DNA from: an uncultured Bacteroidia bacterium
GTDB taxonomy: Bacteria > Bacteroidota > Bacteroidia > Bacteroidales > F082
Direction of reading: 5' to 3'
Length of the DNA stretch: 64,000 nucleotides
Assembly (NCBI GenBank): GCA_902802535.1
Contig: CADCML010000007.1
Coordinates: 26,937 to 90,936, forward strand
Shown here: positions 40,033-49,681 of the stretch, one piece after another
Numbering within the stretch: the stretch's first letter is position 1
Layout of the letters: every line of letters starts with the position of its first letter
Notes under the pieces: generated by a model
Databases searched by the model: none
Told to the model about the DNA's origin: nothing
The model's input: only the letters and a program-made list of their open reading frames with translations
Translations under genes and position numbers: made by a program

Positions 40033-41043
40033 TTAATATCCGTTAGGGTTGTTCCGCTGCCAATTCCATGAGTCGCGGCACATTTCTTCGAGACCGTACT
40101 TTGCTTTCCATCCTAATTCGCGTTCTGCCTTGGCGGGATTGGAATAACAGGTGGCAATGTCGCCCGCACGGCGTGGCTTGATGCTGTACGGAATCTTGAT
40201 GCCATTGACCTTCTCGAAGGTCTTCACCACATCCAACACTGAGTATCCCTGACCCGTGCCAAGATTGTAAATCGCACAACCACAGTTTCTTTCAATGGCT
40301 TGCAGTGCAGCCACATGACCTCGTGCCAAGTCTACGACATGGATGTAATCACGCACACCTGTACCATCGGGTGTTGGATAATCGTTGCCGAAAACGCCAA
40401 GCTCGGGACGCTTACCCACAGCCACTTGTGTGACGTAGGGCATCAGGTTGTTCGGGATGCCATTAGGGTTCTCCCCTATCCTGCCGCTCGGATGCGCACC
40501 GATAGGGTTAAAATAACGCAATAAGACAATGTTCCATTCCTTGTCGGCCTTTTGCATGTCCATCATGATTTCCTCCAACATGCTCTTGGTCTGACCGTAA
40601 GGATTGGTGCAATGCCCCTTGGGACACTCCTCCGTGATGGGAATAATGGCAGGGTCGCCGTAGACTGTGGCCGAAGACGAAAAGATGATGTTCTTGCAGC
40701 CATGCTTGCGCATCACGTCCAAAAGGATGAGCGTACCGCTGATGTTGTTTTCGTAGTATTCCCAAGGCTTTTCAACGCTTTCGCCCACGGCTTTCAGTCC
40801 AGCGAAGTGGATGCAAGCATCGAAACGGTGGACTTCCATCACGCGATTGAGACCTTCGCGGTCGCGGATGTCGACTTCGTAGAAAGGAATTTCCTTGCCT
40901 GTCAACTCCGACACGCGCTCCAGCGACTTACGGTTGGAGTTGCTCAAATTGTCAATAACAACGGTCTTGTGTCCCGCCGCATTAAGTTCCACCAAAGTAT
41001 GTGAACCGATGAAACCGGCACCGCCTGTTACTAAAATGTTCAT
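40033..41043 (-). CDS. galE: UDP-glucose 4-epimerase
   Basis: 336 aa. [15 protein letters not shown] and YGQTKSMLE (YxxxK). Confidence 0.9.
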   Translation of the reverse strand: MNILVTGGAGFIGSHTLVELNAAGHKTVVIDNLSNSNRKSLERVSELTGKEIPFYEVDIRDREGLNRVMEVHRFDACIHFAGLKAVGESVEKPWEYYENNISGTLILLDVMRKHGCKNIIFSSSATVYGDPAIIPITEECPKGHCTNPYGQTKSMLEEIMMDMQKADKEWNIVLLRYFNPIGAHPSGRIGENPNGIPNNLMPYVTQVAVGKRPELGVFGNDYPTPDGTGVRDYIHVVDLARGHVAALQAIERNCGCAIYNLGTGQGYSVLDVVKTFEKVNGIKIPYSIKPRRAGDIATCYSNPAKAERELGWKAKYGLEEMCRDSWNWQRNNPNGY

Positions 41044-41078
41044 TTTTTGGAATTTGCTATTGCTTTATTGTGCGAGTA

Positions 41079-41152
41079 GTAGTCGTTTCGTGTCAGAGAT
41101 AGCGGGTCATGCCCGCTATGAGGGGCTTGGGAGAGAGAAAGTCGTTTAGGTT
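41079..41152 (+). repeat. ~74-nt direct repeat, copy 1 (contains hairpin AGCGGGTCATGCCCGCT)
   Basis: GTAGTCGTTTCGTGTCAGAGATAGCGGGTCATGCCCGCTATGAGGGGCTTGGG...GTCGTTTAGGTT. There are 2 mismatches over the first 52 nt against copy 2. Confidence 0.85.
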
Positions 41153-41227
41153 GAGTTTAAGAAAACTGTGCTTTATTGAAAAACCCAGAGCGGGGTATCC
41201 TCATGGCGGGCAAGGACCCGCCATCCC

Positions 41228-41593
41228 TCACGCTTTGGGACTTCCTGCTACAAGTACTCCTAAATCGTATGTTTCTTTAACACTATGTATATACTCATCA
41301 TCCACACCTATGTCTTCTGTCAAGTCTTTCCATTCTGGATTAAAGTCATTTATCAACGCTTCTTTCCAATCCCTATGCCACTTTTTCAATTGCTTTTCTC
41401 TATGAATAGCTATATCAAGTCGTTCGTATATCTCGTAATAAACCAACATCTCCAAGTTATAACGATCAGAGAAACCTGCATTAATGTGTAGCTTATGTTC
41501 CGCTATCCGACGTTGAAGGTCTCTTGTCACCCCCGTATAAAGAGTAGTTCTATTCTTGTTTGTGAGTATGTATACTATTCCTTGGAGAGTCAT
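41228..41593 (-). CDS. GIY-YIG nuclease family protein (small, URI-domain only)
   Basis: 121 aa. GIVYILTNKNRTTLYTGVTRDLQRRIAEHK...YYEIYERLDIAIHREKQLKKW has the GIY..YxG..R..E..N-type layout. Confidence 0.8.
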   Translation of the reverse strand: MTLQGIVYILTNKNRTTLYTGVTRDLQRRIAEHKLHINAGFSDRYNLEMLVYYEIYERLDIAIHREKQLKKWHRDWKEALINDFNPEWKDLTEDIGVDDEYIHSVKETYDLGVLVAGSPKA

Positions 41594-41597
41594 CAGG

Positions 41598-41670
41598 GTA
41601 GTCGTTTCGTGTCAAAGATAGCGGGTCAAGCCCGCTATGAGGGGCTTGGGGCGAATGTGTCGTTTAGGTT
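41598..41670 (+). repeat. ~74-nt direct repeat, copy 2
   Basis: GTAGTCGTTTCGTGTCAAAGATAGCGGGTCAAGCCCGCTATGAGGGGCTTGGG...GTCGTTTAGGTT. It abuts the methyltransferase stop codon. Confidence 0.85.
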
Positions 41671-43420
41671 AGGGTTTTTGATAATCTAAATTGATAATCA
41701 TATCTCTTTCTTCATTATCAAACTGATACATCGAAAAAATCATCTCATCAATTTCTTTTGGGGCATCTTTGTCGCCGAGCAAAGCGCGGTCGACCAACAC
41801 CGTGAGCTGTTCGTCTTGCTCTGGTGTGATTTTCGGGAATGGCAAAGCCATGAGGTTGCCTTTCAAGATTTTCAGGTCGCCGAAACGTTTGACGTAGAGG
41901 AAGTTGAACAACGATGAATTCAAAAACGCCAATACCGTCTTCATGCTCATGCCTTCCACCTCAGGGATGAGGATGTTCGCGCTGTTGAGGAAAAGTCTTT
42001 GCTTGTCATCGTAAGTGAAACAAAGGCGGCTGCTGACGAATTTATACACCAATTTTTCCTTCGCTCGGTAGAACTCGTCTTTGGCACATTGTTGGAAATC
42101 AGCGCGTTGGTATTTGATGTAACGGCTTGCATTCTTCAGGCTGTATTTGCCGATATCCTTGCCCGTGTAAATCTTCTCTAAACCTTGTGCAGCGCGCGTT
42201 TTCAGTTTCTTGGCATTGTTGCCCGTGATGATGCCGAGTGCCCATTGGCTGTGCGACAAATCATCGTTACGCATCCGCTCGGCTTTGGCAAGGATGGCCT
42301 CTTCGCGGTCGCTGCGGATGGGAATGGCACAAAAAGCATCTTCTGTAACGATGAGTTCCTTGTGTGTCACCTCGTTTTTCGCCGTTCTGACGGTGTAAGT
42401 CTGTTTGTCAAACACGGGTTTCCTGCTGACTTTCAAGCTGATGAAATCCGTAAATACGCCCTTGAACCGTTCGTGATACTGTCGGATGCTCTCCATGCGC
42501 GTCTCGTGCGTGACAAAGTGGCGGAAATCGGCGTGAACCTTGATTTTCAAGATGGACGAAGGCAACAGGAAATGTTGTATCCCATTCTTGTTCAACAACT
42601 TGAACGCCTCAGTAAAGAACAAGGCTGCCTTTTCGTGCGACGAGATGATGTCCGACTCGTGTCGTTTGCCGCGTTCCGTGCCCCATGGTGGGTTGGTGAC
42701 GATGTAGTCGAACTTCATGTCACCCAAAGCCAACTCAGCATGGTTCAAAAAATCAAACTGGTAAATCTGTGGATAAACAGATGAATCACTGAATTTTACA
42801 ATCAGATTGGCTTTGGCAATCATCACGGCAAGCGGATCATTGTCGATGCCGTATAATTGCTCCATTTGTGCATGTCTCACCTTCAATAAAAAGATACCGC
42901 TACCGCAACAAGGGTCAAGGAACCGTTCTCCGTTCAAAAGTCTGATATCAGAAAGCATCTCTTCGACTATCACCGGCTTGGTATAATAAAGCCCTTTCAA
43001 AATGCGGCTCCCTTCAGCCGTGATGGATTGATAGATAAAACCAATCCAGTCATCTTGTCGGTTTTTGAGGATTTGGCGGGGTATCTCAATGTCAATCCGC
43101 TGATAATGTGCATATTCCTCAAAGAAACGACGTCGGTTTGTTTCATTCACCTTGTTGTGTTCCAAATAAGAAACGCAAAGACTGAAAATCAGGTCGTTGA
43201 TGGGATAATACAAGGCTTTCAGTTCCTCAACAAATCGAGGCAAGCTGGCCGCCATCACATAGCCTTCGGGAGTGATGATTTTCTGCGAGCGGCTCTTGTT
43301 GGCCCTGCGCGTCAATCGGTCGGCACCCTTGTTTTTCAGCTTGTCCCAGTTACGTTGAGTGGCTTTCGATATGAGAATCTTCGTCTCCGTCATGATACAG
43401 CTTCGCCTCCTAAGTCCCAT
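41669..43420 (-). CDS. N6-adenine DNA methyltransferase, gamma class (Eco57I/TaqI-like), no cognate nuclease seen
   Basis: Motif I is FLDPCCGSGIFLL and motif IV is NPPWG (DYIVTNPPWGTE), followed by a long C-terminal target-recognition-like region. The start could be ATG 43420 or ATG 43393. Confidence 0.8.
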   Translation of the reverse strand: MGLRRRSCIMTETKILISKATQRNWDKLKNKGADRLTRRANKSRSQKIITPEGYVMAASLPRFVEELKALYYPINDLIFSLCVSYLEHNKVNETNRRRFFEEYAHYQRIDIEIPRQILKNRQDDWIGFIYQSITAEGSRILKGLYYTKPVIVEEMLSDIRLLNGERFLDPCCGSGIFLLKVRHAQMEQLYGIDNDPLAVMIAKANLIVKFSDSSVYPQIYQFDFLNHAELALGDMKFDYIVTNPPWGTERGKRHESDIISSHEKAALFFTEAFKLLNKNGIQHFLLPSSILKIKVHADFRHFVTHETRMESIRQYHERFKGVFTDFISLKVSRKPVFDKQTYTVRTAKNEVTHKELIVTEDAFCAIPIRSDREEAILAKAERMRNDDLSHSQWALGIITGNNAKKLKTRAAQGLEKIYTGKDIGKYSLKNASRYIKYQRADFQQCAKDEFYRAKEKLVYKFVSSRLCFTYDDKQRLFLNSANILIPEVEGMSMKTVLAFLNSSLFNFLYVKRFGDLKILKGNLMALPFPKITPEQDEQLTVLVDRALLGDKDAPKEIDEMIFSMYQFDNEERDMIINLDYQKP

Positions 43421-43566
43421 CAAGATTACTTAACGAACTCTATTTCAACCATATATAAAATCGCCTAAATAGGCATATTAAACTTGCAAATATAAGGTTT
43501 TATTGGGATTTGCAACATTTTTATTTAATAAATTAAATTGGAGGTGCATTTCATGCGTTTTTTGAG

Positions 43567-43574
43567 TAATTTTG
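43567..43574 (+). promoter_or_regulatory. Candidate Bacteroidetes -7 box (TAATTTTG) for tsaB
   Basis: It matches the TAnnTTTG consensus and lies about 20 nt upstream of the tsaB ATG. Confidence 0.35.
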
Positions 43575-43594
43575 CCTCATAAAAACCCAAGAAA

Positions 43595-44290
43595 ATGATA
43601 CTTTGTTTGGAAACGGCCACACCGGTTTGCTCGGTGGCACTCAACGACGGATGTTGCACTATCGCCTTGCGTGAAACAGAAGGACAAAACGCTCATTCAG
43701 AGAAGATTACCAACTTCATCCGTGAGGTGATGGAAACGGCCAAAATCGATTATAAACAATTGGACGCCGTGGCGGTGAGCCAAGGTCCGGGCTCCTATAC
43801 GGGCCTGCGCATCGGCGTGAGCACAGCCAAAGGCATCTGCTATGCCGCCGACCTGCCTTTGATGGCCATCGACACGCTTGAAGCCATGGCTTACGGCATG
43901 AAGGCCAAACTTGGCAGCCAAATCTGTGAGAATGACCTGCTTATTCCTATGATTGACGCTCGCCGCATGGAAGTCTACGCTGCTGTCTTTGATGCCAACT
44001 TACAGAGAATCAACGACACAGCGGCCTTGGTCATCGACGAGAACACGTTTGTCGACCTGCAAAAATACCATCGTCTTTGGCTTTTCGGCGATGGTGCACC
44101 CAAACTAAAGCAAGTGTTTGAGAACCAACCAAATGTAAACATTGTAGACGGCTTTAAACCCTCAGCGGCTTATATGCTGAATTTGGCGGACAAGGCCTTG
44201 CGGGAGCATAACTTCGTCGACGTGGCCTATTTTGAACCATTCTATTTGAAGGACTTCATCGCCGGCAAACCGCATGTGAAAGGATTGTAA
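43595..44290 (+). CDS. tsaB: tRNA threonylcarbamoyladenosine biosynthesis protein TsaB
   Basis: 231 aa. MILCLETATPVCSVAL...VSQGPGSYTGLRIGVSTAKG. Confidence 0.85.
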   Translation: MILCLETATPVCSVALNDGCCTIALRETEGQNAHSEKITNFIREVMETAKIDYKQLDAVAVSQGPGSYTGLRIGVSTAKGICYAADLPLMAIDTLEAMAYGMKAKLGSQICENDLLIPMIDARRMEVYAAVFDANLQRINDTAALVIDENTFVDLQKYHRLWLFGDGAPKLKQVFENQPNVNIVDGFKPSAAYMLNLADKALREHNFVDVAYFEPFYLKDFIAGKPHVKGL

Positions 44291-44291
44291 A

Positions 44292-45509
44292 ATGAAAAGA
44301 CTATTACTCATCACACTAATCTTAGCGGCAGGGCTTACCGCTTTCGCGCAAGCACCGCATCTCTACGATCACACCTATCCAGTGATTGCGGACGAAAATC
44401 CTGAAATCCGCGCTCTCATAGACTCGGTTTCCGTCGACAGCATCAAGGCGAACATCGAGCACCTCTGTTCCTACCATAATCGTCGCTACGACAGCCGTTT
44501 TATCTGGGATGTACAAGACTGGTTAATAAGCCGTTACCAAGCTTTTGGCATCGATACGGTGATGCTGCACGACTTCCCCGTGCCCGACTCCGACATTGAA
44601 ACCGCCGACAACATCCTTGCCGTGCAATGGGGCACCAAAACACCCAACGAATATGTCATTTGCGGAGCGCATTACGACTCATGGAACCCTGACGGCACCG
44701 ACCCCGACACCATCCGTTCACCTGGTGCCGACGACAACGCTTCAGGCGTGTCGGGTATCCTCGAAACAGCCAGATTATTAAGCAATTATACTTTCGACCG
44801 AACCATCATTTATGCCAATTGGTGCGCCGAGGAAATCGGGCTGGTAGGCAGTGCCGCCTATGCCCAAGACATGGCTGCACAAAACATGGACATTGTGGGC
44901 TATTTCAACTTGGACATGACGGGCTATCTCGAAGAAGGCACCGACATCCACGTCCACTTGCTGTATACTACCCAAGACTCACTCATCGCCAATTATGTCT
45001 TCAATTTCAGCCACGTTTACTTCCCCGAAATGCTCATCAAACAGAATTGGCTGGCCTGGGGCGACAGCGACTATTCCTCATTCAACCGCAACGGTTACCC
45101 CGCCGTGCATCCTTTCGAGGATGTTTATGCCAGTTCGCCTTACATTCATACAAGGCAAGACATTTTAGGACTGAGTGTCAACAACTTGGAACAGTCGAAA
45201 CGGTTCACGGAACTCAATTTGGGTTTAGTGGCGACTTTGGCGGGACTCAACCACGATGGAATGGCTGATGACAAAACGGTGAATGTTGCCCTTTATCCCA
45301 ACCCGACAAAAGAAGCCGTCAATATTGCATGTGATGATGGACTTCAACGCATTGAGGTGTACAACACTTTGGGACAACAAATAGATGTCTACCGTTTGCG
45401 AGACGACCGTCATACCATCCTCAATACCAGCAGCTATGCCACAGGCATCTATATGCTACGCTTGGTGACCACCCAAGGCGTCACAACAAAACAGTTGGTA
45501 ATCAGATAA
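44292..45509 (+). CDS. M28 family metallopeptidase with T9SS C-terminal sorting domain
   Basis: 405 aa. It has a signal peptide, the GADDNASG zinc-ligand motif, and a C-terminal VALYPNPTKE...GIYMLRLVTTQGVTTKQLVIR (type A CTD). Confidence 0.8.
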   Translation: MKRLLLITLILAAGLTAFAQAPHLYDHTYPVIADENPEIRALIDSVSVDSIKANIEHLCSYHNRRYDSRFIWDVQDWLISRYQAFGIDTVMLHDFPVPDSDIETADNILAVQWGTKTPNEYVICGAHYDSWNPDGTDPDTIRSPGADDNASGVSGILETARLLSNYTFDRTIIYANWCAEEIGLVGSAAYAQDMAAQNMDIVGYFNLDMTGYLEEGTDIHVHLLYTTQDSLIANYVFNFSHVYFPEMLIKQNWLAWGDSDYSSFNRNGYPAVHPFEDVYASSPYIHTRQDILGLSVNNLEQSKRFTELNLGLVATLAGLNHDGMADDKTVNVALYPNPTKEAVNIACDDGLQRIEVYNTLGQQIDVYRLRDDRHTILNTSSYATGIYMLRLVTTQGVTTKQLVIR

Positions 45510-45514
45510 TTGTA

Positions 45515-47032
45515 TTAACCCAAAGCCTTCACACCGACATCGATACGCTTTAGGGTCTCTTCCTTGCCCAAAAGTTCAAGGATTTCGCCGATGTGCGGGC
45601 CTTTGCCGGCACCGACCACCATCAGACGGAGACCGTTCATCACCAAGCCCGTATTCAGCTCATTGCTTGTAATCCAGTTGTTCAAAGTCTCGTCAATGTT
45701 GGCCAAAGTGAAAGGCTCAATGCCATTGATGACCTCTTTTACTTTGAGCATGGTTTCAGCGGAGTTTTCTTTCCAGCGTTTCTTGACAGTCACGGGGTCG
45801 TATTCCGTCGGAGCCTCGAAGAAAAAGAAACTTTGGTCCCAGATTTCCTTCACAAAATTGACCCTATCCTTCACCAAACCAGCCACTTTCACAGCGAAAT
45901 CAAGTGAAGTTTCAATGCCTTTTTCGTCTTTCAGCCAAGCCTGATAGTCCTTGCCGACTTCCTCATTCGACTTGCGCATCAGCCATTCGTGGTTGAACCA
46001 TTTCGTTTTCTCCACGTTGAACTTTGCACCGCTCTTGCTGCAACGCTCAAGCGAGAAGGCCTGAATGAGTTCGTCCATCGTGAAGATTTCCTGCTCGGTG
46101 CCAGGGTTCCAACCCAGCAACGCCAACATGTTGATGAAGGCTTCAGGATAATAGCCCGACTGCTTATAGCCCATGGCCGTTTCGCCAGTCTTCGGGTCGA
46201 CCCAATACAACGGGAAAACGGGAAAACCGAGGCGGTCGCCGTCGCGCTTGCTGAGTTTGCCGTTGCCGTCGGGTTTGAGCAACAAGGGCAGATGGGCAAA
46301 CTGAGGTGCCTCCCAACCGAAAGCCTCGTAAAGCATGACATGCAGCGGCATCGAAGGCAACCATTCCTCGCCACGGATGACGTGACTAATTTGCATCAGA
46401 TGGTCGTCGACGATGTTGGCCAAGTGGTAGGTCGGCATACCGTCACTCTTGAACAAAACCTTGTCGTCCAATGTGTTGGTCTGCACCTTCACCTCGCCAC
46501 GAATCAGGTCGTGCATGACGATTTCGCGATTCTCAGGAATCATGAAACGCACCGTGTAAGGTGTGCCATCGGCCATCAGTTTATCGACCTCTTCTTTGCT
46601 CATTGTCAAGCTGTTGCGCAGATGCTTACGGCTTTGGCAGTTGTAAATGAAGGTCTGCTTGTTGGCTTCGGCTTCCTTGCGGTAATGGTCGAGCTCCTCG
46701 GCCGTGTCGAAGGCGATGTAAGCGCAGCCTTTAGACAACAACTCGTCGCTGTATTGTTTATAAAGGTGTTTGCGGTTGCTCTGCTTGTAAGGGCCGAAAT
46801 CGCCGCCCACGTAGTCGCTTTCGTCGAACTTGATGCCGCACCAATCGAGCGATTCAACAATATATTGTTCGGCTCCTGGCACGAAACGCGTCTGGTCGGT
46901 GTCCTCAATACGGAGAATCATTTTGCCACCGTTCTTCTTGGCAAACAGATAGTTATATAAAGCTGTGCGCACACCCCCGATGTGCAAGGGACCCGTTGGG
47001 CTGGGGGCAAATCTTACTCTGACTTCTTTCAT
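45515..47032 (-). CDS. gltX: Glutamate--tRNA ligase
   Basis: [20 protein letters not shown] (HIGH) and GKLSKRDG (KMSKS). I trimmed the start to ATG 47032. Confidence 0.9.
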   Translation of the reverse strand: MKEVRVRFAPSPTGPLHIGGVRTALYNYLFAKKNGGKMILRIEDTDQTRFVPGAEQYIVESLDWCGIKFDESDYVGGDFGPYKQSNRKHLYKQYSDELLSKGCAYIAFDTAEELDHYRKEAEANKQTFIYNCQSRKHLRNSLTMSKEEVDKLMADGTPYTVRFMIPENREIVMHDLIRGEVKVQTNTLDDKVLFKSDGMPTYHLANIVDDHLMQISHVIRGEEWLPSMPLHVMLYEAFGWEAPQFAHLPLLLKPDGNGKLSKRDGDRLGFPVFPLYWVDPKTGETAMGYKQSGYYPEAFINMLALLGWNPGTEQEIFTMDELIQAFSLERCSKSGAKFNVEKTKWFNHEWLMRKSNEEVGKDYQAWLKDEKGIETSLDFAVKVAGLVKDRVNFVKEIWDQSFFFFEAPTEYDPVTVKKRWKENSAETMLKVKEVINGIEPFTLANIDETLNNWITSNELNTGLVMNGLRLMVVGAGKGPHIGEILELLGKEETLKRIDVGVKALG

Positions 47033-47115
47033 GATGGTTGCTAATTGCGGCCGCAAAAGTAGTAAATTTGCATGAAACCGACAAAAACAATATCTTTGCC
47101 GAAAAATTTACAACA

Positions 47116-48297
47116 GTGGAAGACAACTACCAACTCATCACAAAGACCGCCGCCGGACTTGAAGAGGTGCTGGCTCGCGAAATCAAGGCTTTGGGGGCCA
47201 AGAATGTGCGCCCCATGCACCGTGCCGTCATTTGCGAAGGCAACAAGGAGCTGATGTACCGTATCAATTACGAGGTGCGCACGGCCCTCAAGGTGCTGAA
47301 GCCCTTCAAGAACTTTTTCGCCAAGAATCCTGACGACTTATATAATAAGGTGAAGGAAATCAATTGGTGCGAGCTGCTCCGTACCGACCAGACTTTCTGC
47401 GTCGATGCCGTAACGAGCGGGCGGTTCTTCACCCATTCGCAATATGCCGGCCTGACCATGAAAGATGCCATCGTCGACCAATTCCGCGATGTTTATGGCA
47501 TCCGCCCGAATATCAACACTTTGAATCCCGACTTGCGCATCAACTTGCACATCCGCGAGGACAAGGTGACCATTCTCTTCGACAGTTCGGGAGAATCGTT
47601 ACATCACCGTGGTTATCGCAAACAAGTTGACAAGGCCCCGATGAACGAGGTACTGGCCGCAGGACTCATCCAACTCACAAGCTGGAAGGCCAACTGCAAT
47701 TTTTTGGATTGCATGTGCGGTTCGGGCACATTACCCATCGAGGCAGCGATGTACGCAATGAAAATTCCGCCAGGCTACTATCGCAAGCAGTGGGGTTTCA
47801 TGAAATGGGACGACTACGATGCCGAGCTTTGGCAACGCATCCGCACTGAAGCTGATGCCAAGATTTGTGACTTCGACTACGAGATTTGGGCTTCCGACCG
47901 TTCACCGAAGGCCATCGCCATCGCCGAGGGCAACATCAACTACGCCCACTTGCAGCATGATATCCACCTGATGAAGAAGGACATGCACGACCTTACCCCA
48001 CCCGAAGGTGGCGGCATCCTCATCATCAACCCACCCTACGGCGACCGCTTGGAGGAAGACGACATCGACACGCTCTACGAGGAAATCGGCCGCACACTAA
48101 AGCACAACTTCCAAGGCTTCCAATGCTGGCTCATCACCGATGATGCTGTGGCCTTGCGCCATGTTGGGCTGAAACCTACCGCCAAGATTCCGATTTGGAA
48201 TGGGCCTTTGGAATGTCGTTTCGTCAGGTTCGACATTTTTGAAGGGTCTTTGAAGGATAAAAAGGCTCGGGAAGCGGAAGATATCCATCAAGAATAA
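47116..48297 (+). CDS. THUMP-domain class I SAM-dependent RNA methyltransferase (RlmL/K-like)
   Basis: GSGTLPIEAAM and INPPYGDRL. The track start at 47038 is a TTG next to the gltX start. An in-frame GTG at 47116 gives (M)EDNYQLITKTAAGLEEVL, downstream of TAnnTTTG boxes at 47063-47070 and 47091-47098. Confidence 0.75.
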   Translation: MEDNYQLITKTAAGLEEVLAREIKALGAKNVRPMHRAVICEGNKELMYRINYEVRTALKVLKPFKNFFAKNPDDLYNKVKEINWCELLRTDQTFCVDAVTSGRFFTHSQYAGLTMKDAIVDQFRDVYGIRPNINTLNPDLRINLHIREDKVTILFDSSGESLHHRGYRKQVDKAPMNEVLAAGLIQLTSWKANCNFLDCMCGSGTLPIEAAMYAMKIPPGYYRKQWGFMKWDDYDAELWQRIRTEADAKICDFDYEIWASDRSPKAIAIAEGNINYAHLQHDIHLMKKDMHDLTPPEGGGILIINPPYGDRLEEDDIDTLYEEIGRTLKHNFQGFQCWLITDDAVALRHVGLKPTAKIPIWNGPLECRFVRFDIFEGSLKDKKAREAEDIHQE

Positions 48298-48370
48298 AGT
48301 TATAATCTGCGTAAAGTCGAGTTTTTTTGTCGTTTGCGCGGATTACAAACAAGCAAAATCTGTACAGATT

Positions 48371-48934
48371 TCACTTCTTATTAAACAAATTCATCGTCCT
48401 ATCCGGTCCCTGCGTGACGAAACTCTTAATGATTTCGACAGCCTCGTCACATTTTTGGTCAACGATGGGTTCTTCTGAGGGTTTCCATTGCCCTAACACG
48501 AAATCAATCTGACGACCGCGTGGGAAGTCATCGCCCAAGCCAAAACGCAGGCGGCAGAACACGTTGGTGCCCAGTTTTTCGATGATATCGGTCAGGCCAT
48601 TGTGGCCACCGTCAGCCCCTTGTTTGCGGAGGCGCAACGTGCCCAATGGCAAAGCAATGTCATCGTTGACAACCAAAAGATTCTCTATCGGTATCTTCTC
48701 ATAACCAAGCCAATACTTCACCGCCTTGCCACTGAGGTTCATGTAGGTTGTCGGCTTGATAACCACAAGCGTTTTCCCCTTGTATTTCATTTCTGAAATC
48801 TGCGCCAAACGGCTCGTAGTGAAGGAGCCTTCCAAGTCCTTCGCCAGACGGTCGGCAATCTTGAAGCCGATGTTGTGGCGCGTGTTGTCGTACTCGGCAC
48901 CGATGTTTCCCAAACAGGCTATCAGGTATTTCAT
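48371..48934 (-). CDS. pth: Peptidyl-tRNA hydrolase
   Basis: MKYLIACLGNIGAEYDNTRHNIGF from ATG 48934 (187 aa). Longer alternatives start at 49000 and 49033. Confidence 0.85.
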   Translation of the reverse strand: MKYLIACLGNIGAEYDNTRHNIGFKIADRLAKDLEGSFTTSRLAQISEMKYKGKTLVVIKPTTYMNLSGKAVKYWLGYEKIPIENLLVVNDDIALPLGTLRLRKQGADGGHNGLTDIIEKLGTNVFCRLRFGLGDDFPRGRQIDFVLGQWKPSEEPIVDQKCDEAVEIIKSFVTQGPDRTMNLFNKK

Positions 48935-49054
48935 TTCGTCAGGTTGATCTTGTTTTCCTCTGTGGAAAAGACGCGCAAAGATACTATTAATTAATGACAT
49001 GGTGAATTTCGATTGAATATCGGGCCGACACATGGGTCAGACCCAACAACAAAT

Positions 49055-49079
49055 TAAAAAAGGCCGCCCGAAGACGGCC
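49055..49079 (-). terminator. Rho-independent terminator after rplY
   Basis: The minus strand reads GGCCGTCTTCGGGCGGCC followed by a run of 7 T. Confidence 0.7.
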
Positions 49080-49102
49080 ATTTATCGTTGAAAAACAAGG
49101 AT

Positions 49103-49678
49103 TTATTCTTCTGTTTCCTCGGTTGCAACAACGCCACGAGCCGTGTTGACGGCAAAGATGACGGTGTAACCAGGAGTGATGGGGGTCACGTTCTCAATGT
49201 TCAAATCCTTCACCTTGATGGATTCGTTGATGTTGACACCGCTGATGTTGACTTTCACATAGTCCGGCAGGTCCTTAATCAGACCGCAAACCTTTATTTT
49301 CTTGATACCCTTCTTGGGTTTGCCACCACGCATGACACCGGCAGCTGAGCCTTCGAGAGTGATAGGCAACGTAACGGTGATGGGCTTGTCTTCCTTCACG
49401 ATGAGGAAGTCGGCATGCAAAACCTTGTCGGTCACAGGGTGATACTGGATATCCTGGAGGATGGTCTTGTAAGTCTTGCCATTGACTTCAAAGTCAATGA
49501 TGTAGGTTTCAGGCGTGAAGAGAATCTTGCTGAAATTCTTCTCGGCTGTGGCGAAGTGAATCTGCTCTTCACCAGCACCATACATGACACAAGGAACCAT
49601 CTCGGCTTGACGCAAAGCCTTAGTATCCTTTTTCCCTACGTTCTCGCGAAGAGAACCGCTCAATGATACAGTTTTCAT
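49103..49678 (-). CDS. rplY: 50S ribosomal protein L25 / general stress protein Ctc
   Basis: 191 aa. MKTVSLSGSLRENVGKKDTKALRQAEMVPCVMYG. Confidence 0.85.
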   Translation of the reverse strand: MKTVSLSGSLRENVGKKDTKALRQAEMVPCVMYGAGEEQIHFATAEKNFSKILFTPETYIIDFEVNGKTYKTILQDIQYHPVTDKVLHADFLIVKEDKPITVTLPITLEGSAAGVMRGGKPKKGIKKIKVCGLIKDLPDYVKVNISGVNINESIKVKDLNIENVTPITPGYTVIFAVNTARGVVATEETEE

Positions 49679-49681
49679 TGA

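Noticed and set aside
41109-41689. Plus-strand ORFs 41109-41405 and 41495-41689 sharing an ..IAG(H/Q)ARYEGLG.. peptide
   Set aside because: The shared peptide is just the translated 74-nt direct repeat, and the ORFs overlap the GIY-YIG gene antisense. This is repeat DNA, not paralogous proteins.
41228-43420. GIY-YIG gene plus methyltransferase as a type II restriction-modification pair
   Set aside because: The GIY-YIG protein is only 121 aa (a bare URI domain of the widespread YhbQ-like type). It is separated from the methylase by a repeat and is itself repeat-bounded. Known GIY-YIG restriction enzymes are much larger. I cannot exclude the idea without a search, but I do not support it.
45989-46960. 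323-aa plus-strand ORF, plus similar long antisense ORFs at 37747-38691, 9183-9986, 38941-39687, 61851-62588, 58669-59325 and 24153-24728
   Set aside because: Each lies inside and antisense to a confidently identified gene (gltX, the DUF4954-like gene, ATP-grasp/CapA, rfbB, PBP1A, the PSP1 gene, the TviB-like gene). None shows family motifs. They are typical shadow frames.
47038-47115. Track start (TTG) of the THUMP methyltransferase ORF
   Set aside because: It would begin within 6 nt of the divergent gltX start codon, upstream of both TAnnTTTG boxes. The in-frame GTG at 47116 gives a family-typical N-terminus.
48356-48371. Perfect 16-nt palindrome AAATCTGTACAGATTT between the convergent methyltransferase and pth genes, as a terminator
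   Set aside because: It would form only a 6-bp AT-rich stem with a 4-nt loop and has no clear T-run. That is too weak to call.
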